From: Candidatus Babeliales bacterium
Lineage (GTDB): Bacteria; Babelota; Babeliae; Babelales; JANWKD01
Direction: 5' to 3'
Length of the DNA stretch: 64,000 nt
NCBI GenBank assembly: GCA_963722255.1
Contig: CAVRJO010000002.1
Coordinates: 648,467 to 712,466, forward strand
Shown here: positions 20,885 through 29,040 of the stretch, piece by piece
How positions within the stretch are numbered: the first letter of the stretch is position 1
How the letters are laid out: the number at the start of each line of letters is the position of its first letter
The notes under the pieces: generated by a model
What the model was told of the DNA's origin: nothing
Database searches by the model: none
Seen by the model: the letters and a program-made list of their open reading frames with translations, nothing else
Program-made: the position numbers and the translations under genes

Positions 20885-21526
20885 TTATAACGCCCCCGTA
20901 GACCGGGGGGCTTGACGGCTGTTAGCAGTCCCAAGGACTGCCAGATTTAACTTTGACTATATTTTAAAATTGACCTTCTTCATCAAAACCTTGGCTATCC
21001 AGCTGTTCTTGATTTTTCACGTAGGCTTTAACATTCTCCAATTCATGACCTACTGTTGAAACCGCATATCCCCTTGCCCAAAACTTCTCGCCATTAAAAT
21101 TTTTTTGCCGACCGCCAAATTGTCGCGCAACTGCAATCGCACTTTTACCTTTTATATATCCAACTATCTCTGCTATTGAATATTTCGGCGGAATACTTAT
21201 CAGCATATGCACATGATCTTGTACCATGTGGCCTTCCAAAATCTTACTTTCCCTTTGTCCTGCCAATTCATGAAATACTGGTCCTAAGAATTTACGAATT
21301 TCTCCATAAAGTTTCTTTTTTCTATATTTTGGAACAAATACAATATGGTATTTGCAGTTAAATTTAGAATGGCTTAAACTTTTAAATGATGTTTCCATAT
21401 ATATTTTTTTTCGAGCCGTCACGCCCTAAAAAAATATATCATTGGAAACATTTTTTTTACACTTGAATCTAAAGGCCTAGCCTTGAAAGTCTCACTAGTC
21501 AAACTAGTGGTTTACCTATCTTTCAA
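20885..21526 (-). mobile_element. IS200/IS605-family element (tnpA only)
   Basis: Hairpins GCCCCCGTAGACCGGGGGC and CACTAGTCAAACTAGTG near the ends; removal restores the host reading frame; TTAT at both junctions makes ends ambiguous by 4 bp. Confidence 0.88.
20964..21422 (-). CDS. tnpA: IS200-type Y1 transposase
   Basis: CKYHIVFVPKYRKK, DHVHMLISIPPKY, FWARGY, YVKNQE. Confidence 0.95.
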   Translation of the reverse strand: MTARKKIYMETSFKSLSHSKFNCKYHIVFVPKYRKKKLYGEIRKFLGPVFHELAGQRESKILEGHMVQDHVHMLISIPPKYSIAEIVGYIKGKSAIAVARQFGGRQKNFNGEKFWARGYAVSTVGHELENVKAYVKNQEQLDSQGFDEEGQF

Positions 21527-21692
21527 TTATTTAAAAAAAAACATTGTGGTAATGTCGTAAAGCATTATATTAATCATAGGTTACAACAATTAGAGCAGAA
21601 AGAAACAAAATAAATTCAGCATACGTAAAAGCCAAACGATATATTTATTCAGAGAAAAACAATATCGATACAGATTATAAAGGATTTATTTT

Positions 21693-22046
21693 ATGAAAAT
21701 GTATACCTTTTTTTATGCTCTCGTTCTCTTTTCAATTTCAAGCACCTTTGCAGGAAAAGATCTAACTCATCTTGAAAAATTGATAGTCGCAACAGCTAAA
21801 GGCACAAAGGAACCCGAGACACTATTTAAACAATTTACCTCAGCGCTTACTCATGACGAATATTCATGTCAAGATAAATTATCACTCTTCACCTCTATGA
21901 AAAGCCATGAATATTCATATCCTATCAGGCAAATCTTAAAAAGCTTTGAAACATATAATCCAAATCAATATGCAATGTTTAATAAAGCATATGAGTTTGG
22001 CAATCTACACGGTACGATGGTTGTTATGGGTAATTGTGAGTCATAA
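21693..22046 (+). CDS. Secreted hypothetical protein
   Basis: AAGGA RBS; signal peptide ending STFA. Confidence 0.65.
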   Translation: MKMYTFFYALVLFSISSTFAGKDLTHLEKLIVATAKGTKEPETLFKQFTSALTHDEYSCQDKLSLFTSMKSHEYSYPIRQILKSFETYNPNQYAMFNKAYEFGNLHGTMVVMGNCES

Positions 22047-23278
22047 AAAGTCCTATGAAAAAATACTAATCTTTTTTCATCACTTCAACAAAACTTTAGC
22101 AATCGCATACAAAGGATATGAATGTATCTTTTGAAATACAGAATAATTAAGAGTGGAGAATCTAATACCATAAGGAGAATTTGAGTGGCCTTCTAAGAAA
22201 AGTTGCATACTTTTAAGCGTCGTTCCACCACTGCTTTTAACCTCAATTGGTAAAACATATTGATCATGCTGAATAAGATAATCGATTTCAGCTTGACTAC
22301 TACGCTCAGTTCTATGCCAATAATACAATGAACCCTTTTTATAAGGATTTGAATAGGCCAAAATCTCTTGACCAACAAAAGCTTCTACAAGTTCACCTTT
22401 ATTAATAAATTGCTGCAAAGGATTAACAATCCAACTACTCATACCGATACCAAGCAAAACCTGACTCAATGCAACATCCAAAAAAATTACTTTAAAATCT
22501 TGCAGATCCGCTTGCGCACCCAAGGGAATTCCATTACCCGAACTAAATAAAACTTTATTAACGACCCCTGCCGTGGTAAGCAAATCAAGGCAAGGTGCCA
22601 ATTCTCTTTTTTGGTAATCACTGCTAACTTCACTATATTTAAATTTTTTACCCAGGCGTAAAGGAATATGCTCATAAAGTAAATTTAAATATTTAATTTG
22701 GAACTTTTTTGCATACTTATTAAAATCTTGTCGATATGTATCTACAAGTGTTTGCTGCAAGCTAAAACATTCAAAGGTATCTTTATTTTTTTGCCAAGAA
22801 TCAACTATTTCAGGCATACCTCCAATAGCCAAATATTCTCCTAGAAAGGATAAAAGCTTTTGATGAATTGGTTCACTTAAAGGATTTTCCGGTGTATGGG
22901 CTAAAATTTCTTCGACTAAGAGATCTTGCTTTAAAGCACCTAAAAATTCAATAAATGATACCGGATACATATATAAGGACATTACTCTGCCAACGGGAAT
23001 ACCATGTTCTTCAGCAGTAAAATCCAATAAAGAACCGGCAGCAATCACATGAAGCACTGGTAATCGTTCATAAAAATAACGCAATGCAAGAAAAACCCGA
23101 GGCGCTGATTGAATTTCATCAAAAAATAATAACGTGATCCCAGGAACTATTTGTTGGCCAACAAATAATGAAAGCTCGCGTATAATTCTCTCAGGATCTA
23201 GATCTCTTTCAAAAAATAATGCCGCTGACGGAGTATATTCAAAATTAATTTCTACAAAATTCTCAAAAGATTTACCTA

Positions 23279-24134
23279 GGTTCTGTGAACCAAATTTAAA
23301 AAATGCTTAAAAAAAGATAAGCTTCCTTTGTTAATCAACTAAAAAAACAAAAGGAAGCTTGTAATGCATTACCTAATTAATGATACAGATTTTGAAAAAA
23401 TATTGAATGTTTTAATGAGCATCAAAGGGATTCACAAGAAGTCTATTGAAAAATTACGTAAATTTATAGAGGCAATATATTACATATGCAGAAGCGGTTG
23501 CCAATGGAGATTATTGCCAATTTATTATGGTAGTTGGCGAGCTGTTCACAAGCGATTTAAGCAGTGGAATAAACGTAATATTTGGAAAAAACTATTTGAA
23601 AGTTTTCAAGAAGATCCTGATATGGAATGGGCAATGATAGACTCTACAGTTATTAGAGCACATGCATGTGCAGCTGGATATGGTAAAGATACTCAAGAAC
23701 AAGAGGCGTTAGGACGTAGCAAGGGCGGCTTCTCAACAAAAATACACGCTTTGGTTGATGCATTGGGAAATCCACTAAAATTTGTTTTAACACCCGGTCA
23801 ACGACATGATATTACTCAAGCAAAAAATCTGAGCACTGGTATTGTAGATGCTTCTATCATTGGAGATACTGCTTATGATGCTGATCATTTCATTGAAAGC
23901 ATAAAAGATCAACGATGTAAGCCAGAAATTCCTCCTCGTAGAAATCGTAAGCAGCCTCGTGACTATGATGTTCATCTTTACAAAGAGCGACATTCCATCG
24001 AATGTTTTTTCGGAAAAATTAAACATTTTCGTAGGATTTTTTCGCGATTCGATAAATCTTCTCAATCTTATTTATCTTTTTTATATTTTGTAGGGACCTT
24101 AATTTGGCTTAGGTAAAATTTGGTTCACAGAACC
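23279..24134 (+). mobile_element. IS5-family insertion sequence
   Basis: Terminal inverted repeats GGTTCTGTGAACCAAATTT / AAATTTGGTTCACAGAACC; TA on both flanks. Confidence 0.93.
23364..24116 (+). CDS. IS5-family DDE transposase
   Basis: GCQWRLLP, IDSTVIRAH, GRSKGGFSTKIH, GDTAYD, YKERHSIECFF. Confidence 0.95.
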   Translation: MHYLINDTDFEKILNVLMSIKGIHKKSIEKLRKFIEAIYYICRSGCQWRLLPIYYGSWRAVHKRFKQWNKRNIWKKLFESFQEDPDMEWAMIDSTVIRAHACAAGYGKDTQEQEALGRSKGGFSTKIHALVDALGNPLKFVLTPGQRHDITQAKNLSTGIVDASIIGDTAYDADHFIESIKDQRCKPEIPPRRNRKQPRDYDVHLYKERHSIECFFGKIKHFRRIFSRFDKSSQSYLSFLYFVGTLIWLR

Positions 24135-24267
24135 TAGGTTACGAACGGCAAAAGTCTTTCCAATTTGACGTGCCCCCCTCAAAAGCAGAGGCTTCCTGTT
24201 CTCATTTTTTTTCCATTCAACAAGATGCTTATCAATAAGACGTTTCATAGGGCTCTTTCGTTTAATG

Positions 24268-24384
24268 ATGTTGAAAAATCAAACATGAATTAAGGAGTTC
24301 ATGTCGGAAAATCAAACATACTTTACCAATTCTATGCCGAAAAATCAAACATGTTTTAGAGTAAATATGTTGAAAAATCAAACA
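24268..24384. repeat. Four 18-bp direct repeats (ATGYYGRAAAATCAAACA) at exact 33-bp period
   Basis: Units start at 24268, 24301, 24334 and 24367, separated by unrelated 15-bp spacers. Confidence 0.9.
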
Positions 24385-24514
24385 GGAAAGCCCTAATTTA
24401 AGCCAAAATACCTTTAAAATCATTGCTTTTACTATTTTAAATTTGTTACTATAAAGATTAAACAGCATGCCTCTTCTTTAAAAATAACTATTTTCAATAG
24501 AAAAGGAAAAAACT

Positions 24515-24934
24515 ATGAATAGCCTAAAAACAGTCGCTTTGAGTATCATGTCCTTAGCAACTTTCACTAATATGTATTGTGCATTATATTATATCAAAAA
24601 TGAGGGCACAACTCCTATAACAGTAAACATCAGAGTAACATCAAATGAACTTGGTGATAAACTATTTAATCCTGGCAATAAACGCATTTTATATGCTAAA
24701 GACCTTCAGCCTAATGCGCAGACTCAACTTAATGCAGGTGGCGGCTGGGAAGCTCGATCGGTTGGCCTCCTTGGCATAGACCTCGCTAATTCCACTGAAA
24801 AAAGCGGACCAGAAAAGGGTTGGCATTACTTTCCAGAATATACTTCCGCTGATTATGATATTACCTTCAATCAACCGAAAATAATGTTTAAAGATAATCG
24901 TTGGGAAATTAAATTTGCTCGACATAAATATTAA
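24515..24934 (+). CDS. Small secreted beta-rich protein, family member 1
   Basis: Signal peptide; IKNEGTTPITVNI, LQPNA, AGGG. Confidence 0.75.
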   Translation: MNSLKTVALSIMSLATFTNMYCALYYIKNEGTTPITVNIRVTSNELGDKLFNPGNKRILYAKDLQPNAQTQLNAGGGWEARSVGLLGIDLANSTEKSGPEKGWHYFPEYTSADYDITFNQPKIMFKDNRWEIKFARHKY

Positions 24935-24950
24935 AAAATAAAGGGAAAAA

Positions 24951-25391
24951 ATGCATACATTAAAAATAATCACTATCACCATTATGATATTGGCAACTTT
25001 CACTAACACTCATTGTGCATTATATACGGTTATAAATAATGGGGCAGCACCTGTGACGGTAAAGATTGATACTGAAACTAAGGATATTTTCGGCGATACT
25101 CAGATATCGGTAACCTTAACAGCTCAAGGACTTAACCCTAGAGAATCTACTCAATTAGATGCAAAAGGAGGACACAATGCTTATCGTATTTATCTCCTTC
25201 CATCAGTACCAGGAAAAAATCTAAAACTCAAACCCTTACCTTTAACTAATGGCAATAGTAAAGAACGTGACGCATTATGGGTAAAATTTGATGAAGGCTC
25301 TGATTACACAATTAAACTTACTTCCAAACCTAACCCCAGCCCCAACAATCCAAAGGCTTTATTATGGACTATTACGCCCAGTAAGAATTAA
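24951..25391 (+). CDS. Small secreted beta-rich protein, family member 2
   Basis: VINNGAAPVTVKID, LNPRE, IYLLP, NPKALLWTI. Confidence 0.75.
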   Translation: MHTLKIITITIMILATFTNTHCALYTVINNGAAPVTVKIDTETKDIFGDTQISVTLTAQGLNPRESTQLDAKGGHNAYRIYLLPSVPGKNLKLKPLPLTNGNSKERDALWVKFDEGSDYTIKLTSKPNPSPNNPKALLWTITPSKN

Positions 25392-25409
25392 AAAATAAAG
25401 GAAATCACC

Positions 25410-25742
25410 GTGAAAACCATAAAAACACTTTTATTCACTGCGATACTTTTAACAAGCACAAACTTATTAAGCTACACTGTTATAAATAATGGCAAAGAAG
25501 CGATAACAGTAAAAAACGATACAGGAGCTAAAACCGAAACGGTAGAAGCACTTCAACCAGGCAAATCTACGCAACTATATTCATTTGGAACTAAAGAAAT
25601 ATACCTTCTCCCAGCTCGCCAGGAAAGTCGTCTTCAAAGACTAGGAACTTTAACAGAAAAAGATATACCAAAGGATGCTAACACTATTTATCTTACCCAA
25701 GATGACAAAAAGAAGTGGAGCATAAGAGCTGTTAAAAAGTAA
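25410..25742 (+). CDS. Small secreted beta-rich protein, family member 3
   Basis: VINNGKEAITVKND, LQPGKSTQL, IYLLP, WSI. Confidence 0.75.
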   Translation: MKTIKTLLFTAILLTSTNLLSYTVINNGKEAITVKNDTGAKTETVEALQPGKSTQLYSFGTKEIYLLPARQESRLQRLGTLTEKDIPKDANTIYLTQDDKKKWSIRAVKK

Positions 25743-25774
25743 AAAATCTTTTTGAAATTAAAAAGGAAACCGCC

Positions 25775-26212
25775 ATGAAAACCATAAAAATATTTGCTCT
25801 CAGCATAATAATGTTAGCAACATTCGCGCAAATACACACAGCACAATTTAGAGTTTATAACCATGGATCTCGACCGGTGACGATAAAAATTGACCTTGAA
25901 AGCAGTAACCTTGCAGGATGGGGCGGGGGTAGAACGATAACCTATGAAAATCTTCAGCCAAATAGCATGGGACATAAAGATGAAGGCGGTGGTTTCAAAT
26001 TTGGTGAATTGTATCTTCTTCCGGGTAATCAAAAGGGTCCAAACCTTCCACGACAAAATATAAAACGATGGGATGGTACTATTATAAATGGATATACTAC
26101 ATCACAAGACTGGAAAGATGTGACCGTTGATCTCAAATCTGAACCTGATCCAAAAAATCCAAAAGAGGTGCTCTGGACGGTTGATCTTTATGAAGGCATT
26201 ATTAATCTATAA
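25775..26212 (+). CDS. Small secreted beta-rich protein, family member 4
   Basis: VYNHGSRPVTIKID, LQPNS, LYLLP, PDPKNPKEVLWTV. Confidence 0.75.
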   Translation: MKTIKIFALSIIMLATFAQIHTAQFRVYNHGSRPVTIKIDLESSNLAGWGGGRTITYENLQPNSMGHKDEGGGFKFGELYLLPGNQKGPNLPRQNIKRWDGTIINGYTTSQDWKDVTVDLKSEPDPKNPKEVLWTVDLYEGIINL

Positions 26213-26227
26213 TAGTAGCTTCCACTA

Positions 26228-28075
26228 TCAACCTTGCAGCTCTTCCCATTGCTGCATGAGATCTTCATATTCAAGCGTATATTTTTTTAATTTAGCTTGT
26301 GCTTGATTAAATTCTAAGGTTCCATACTGCAATTGCGTAAAACGCTCCTCAAGCTTTTTAATTGATTGCTCAAGATGCCGAATCTGATTCTCAACACTAC
26401 TTAATTTTTTTTGAGCGTCAACTGTTATACTTTTTTTACTATCTACTTCTTGTACATTCTTTTGTTTCTCTTGAGCTGCAGGCTTTGAACCATTTTTTTG
26501 ATACAGATACAAATCATAATCGCCATGATATAAACGACTTCCTTGAGGTGTCAGCTCAATAATTTTAGTTGCCAACTGATTGATAAAATCTTGATCATGC
26601 GAAACAAAAAGGATCGTGCCTTTATACTGTTTTAAAGCACGCAATAAAACCTCTTTTGATTGCATATCTAAATGGTTTGTTGGTTCATCAAGTAAAAGAA
26701 AATTGGCATCCTGCAAAAGAACTTTTATCATACCAACTCTATTTTTTTCGCCACCACTTAAAACTTTAATTTTTTTATAGACATCATCATTAGAAAAAAG
26801 AAAAGCGCCCAAAATTGATCGCAATTGCCCCTGAGGTATTTTAGGGCAAAAATCCTCAAGCGCATCAATAATAGTTTTTTCTAAAGGTAACGCTGCCGTC
26901 TGATCTTGATCAAACACTGCTTTAGAAACATTATGGCCAAAATCAATTGATCCTTGTTGCTTAGGATAAATACCGGCAATAAGATTAAAAAGAGTTGTTT
27001 TACCTGCACCATTGGGAGCAATAAGGGCAACTTTATCCCCCCGCTCAAGCTCGAAGGTGACATTTTTAAAAAGTTGTTTATCAGCAAATGCGTAAGCAAC
27101 ATGTGCAACTTTTAAAACAACTTTTCCTGAAGGCTGAATAGGCGGAAAGTTAATTACAACATTTTTCGTTGTTGGCGGAAGCACAATACGTTCAACTTTT
27201 TCAAGCGCTTTAATCATACTTTGTGCCATTTTAGCTTTTGAAGCAGAAGCACGAAACCGATCAATAGTTTTTTGTTTGGCTTGGATTTCTTTTTGTTGCT
27301 GCAAATATGCTGCTTCAAGCAATAAAAGATCATGCTCTTTTTGTTGTTCATAACGAGTATAATTACCCGTATACATCTTTGCCTTACCAGATTCTAGCTC
27401 TAAAATCTTTGTACATAACGAATTTAAAAAATAACGTTCATGGCATACAATAATAAAGCCGAATGATGCATTTTTCAAAAATTGCATAAACCATTCTTTT
27501 GCTACAATATCAAGATGGTTAGTTGGCTCATCAAAAAGGTAAAAGTCAGCTTTTTGTAATAATAGTTTTGCTAAAACTATGCGCATTTTCCATCCAACGC
27601 TTAATTGTGCAACAGGTTGATCCAATTGTGTTGGCAAGAAACCCAACCCGATCAAAAGCTCATGAACTTCAGCTTTGACTTTATTGGGACTCTGTTCAGC
27701 AAGCTTAGCTTGTAAAAGCGCATATCGCTCTATGCAATCTATATCTTTTTCTTTCTCAATAAGAGCTTCAAGACGTTGTGATTCCTGCAATAAAGCAACG
27801 ATATCTCCACATGCTGAAAAGGTTTCATCGAAGATTGATTTTTCTGAAAGCAACACCACTTCTTGCGGGAAATAGGCAATAGTTTTATTTTTCTCAAGAG
27901 AGATTGATGGATTATTTTCATATAACGATTGGGCTATTAAGGAAAGCAAGGTTGATTTCCCTGTACCATTACGCCCAACCAACCCTATTCTGTCATGGGC
28001 GCCAATAGAACAAGAAATATGATCATAAATCTTTTGATCACCAAAAGAGAGCGTTAAATCATTAATGTATATCAT
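26228..28075 (-). CDS. ABC-F family ATPase
   Basis: Two ABC domains (GRNGTGKST/LSVGW/DEPTNHLD; APNGAGKTT/LSGGE/DEPTNHLD), no TM segments, C-terminal coiled coil. Confidence 0.95.
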   Translation of the reverse strand: MIYINDLTLSFGDQKIYDHISCSIGAHDRIGLVGRNGTGKSTLLSLIAQSLYENNPSISLEKNKTIAYFPQEVVLLSEKSIFDETFSACGDIVALLQESQRLEALIEKEKDIDCIERYALLQAKLAEQSPNKVKAEVHELLIGLGFLPTQLDQPVAQLSVGWKMRIVLAKLLLQKADFYLFDEPTNHLDIVAKEWFMQFLKNASFGFIIVCHERYFLNSLCTKILELESGKAKMYTGNYTRYEQQKEHDLLLLEAAYLQQQKEIQAKQKTIDRFRASASKAKMAQSMIKALEKVERIVLPPTTKNVVINFPPIQPSGKVVLKVAHVAYAFADKQLFKNVTFELERGDKVALIAPNGAGKTTLFNLIAGIYPKQQGSIDFGHNVSKAVFDQDQTAALPLEKTIIDALEDFCPKIPQGQLRSILGAFLFSNDDVYKKIKVLSGGEKNRVGMIKVLLQDANFLLLDEPTNHLDMQSKEVLLRALKQYKGTILFVSHDQDFINQLATKIIELTPQGSRLYHGDYDLYLYQKNGSKPAAQEKQKNVQEVDSKKSITVDAQKKLSSVENQIRHLEQSIKKLEERFTQLQYGTLEFNQAQAKLKKYTLEYEDLMQQWEELQG

Positions 28076-28088
28076 AATAGTAATAGTA

Positions 28089-28134
28089 TATAACAGGTTG
28101 CATCGATAATCCAGTTGCCTAACAACCTGTTATA
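28089..28134. terminator. 12-bp inverted repeat between the ankyrin gene and the ABC-F start (terminator/attenuator-like)
   Basis: TATAACAGGTTG-N22-CAACCTGTTATA. Confidence 0.4.
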
Positions 28135-28141
28135 AAACTGA

Positions 28142-28897
28142 CTATGATAGTAGACATCTAACCGTATTTTTGGAGACTCTTTGTTGTTTTAAAGTCTCAA
28201 CAATTGTAGAACGATTATAACGGGCAGCAACCTCAATTGCTTTCGAAAGGGTTTCTTTTTTATTTTCTCCTTCGAGTGCACCATTTTTTAGAAGAATTGT
28301 TACTATAGACATTTCACCAACTTCGCACGCTAAAACTAAAGGAACCGACCCAACCAAATTAGGTATTGTTACATCTATTTTTTCTTTTTTTACCAAATAT
28401 TTTACAGCTTGTTTATGTTTTGCACATATTGCCCATTCTAGCATTTTCTTTTTGAAAAAATCTTTATGTTCCGAATCAATGAGAAGCAACCACGATGCTG
28501 CTATAATTTTATTTGCTGTTAATGCTTCAGAATCAAGATTATTACTTACTCCCTGCAAGCAGGGGCCATTAAGTTTTTTTTCTCCAGAGCATGGAATTGC
28601 CTTTTGATAAATATTCCATGCATTACATAAAATATCTCTATAGATGGTTCTTGTTTCGTCAACCTCATCTATTTCTTTCTCATAGCCTGGCATGTTCTTT
28701 GATTCTGCTAAAAATAGTTGTAATTCATTGGCAAGCTTTTGAGCTTCTTCCATCCATTCTGGGTGACGAGGAGTCTCTGTACGCAAAGAACTCGATGAAT
28801 CCGTTAATTCTCCCGATTCCATCGAAGAGTGCATTGCACATAAAGAAGAAATCATTGTCACCATAAAAAGTAAGAGTAAATTTTTTTTCATATTCAT
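28142..28897 (-). CDS. Secreted ankyrin-repeat protein ending in CaaX (CLLS)
   Basis: Signal peptide; GSVPLVLACEVGEMSIVTILLKNGA ankyrin repeat. Confidence 0.8.
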   Translation of the reverse strand: MNMKKNLLLLFMVTMISSLCAMHSSMESGELTDSSSSLRTETPRHPEWMEEAQKLANELQLFLAESKNMPGYEKEIDEVDETRTIYRDILCNAWNIYQKAIPCSGEKKLNGPCLQGVSNNLDSEALTANKIIAASWLLLIDSEHKDFFKKKMLEWAICAKHKQAVKYLVKKEKIDVTIPNLVGSVPLVLACEVGEMSIVTILLKNGALEGENKKETLSKAIEVAARYNRSTIVETLKQQRVSKNTVRCLLS

Positions 28898-29040
28898 CCC
28901 TTTTTTGAATTTTGCATTAACCCCAATAAAATATTTTTAGTAAAACATTTTTAATATTTATATATATTTTCAATGTACAGTATGCAATAAAAACGATACA
29001 AAAATAAAGACTATTGTTATTGTGTATATTTTATTAGAAA

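Larger units (their letters stand above)
19490..21613 (+). pseudogene. WD40-like paralog of 17761-19260, C-terminally truncated by an IS200 insertion (ORF 19490-20890, stranded tail 21527-21613)
   Basis: Tail LFKKKHCGNVVKHYINHRLQQLEQKETK* matches paralog end LFKKPQCDNVVKQYINHRLKQFEQKGSE*. Confidence 0.85.
22080..24248 (-). pseudogene. AAA+ ATPase (AAA_14/DUF4143-type) with C-terminal PD-(D/E)XK-like motif, split by an IS5-family element
   Basis: ATG at 24248 MKRLIDKHL...LLLRGARQIGKT (Walker A); after the IS it continues GKSFENFVEINFE...FFDEIQ (Walker B), GGMPE, EIDYL...PIEVKS. Confidence 0.9.

Noticed and set aside
24268..24384. CRISPR array
   Set aside because: 18-bp repeats and 15-bp spacers are too short for CRISPR and no cas genes are in the window; reported as a periodic array instead
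24262..24468. 68-aa ORF with repeated CLIFQH/CLIFRH
   Set aside because: Probably a by-product of the 33-bp (multiple of 3) DNA repeat; no RBS or recognisable protein features
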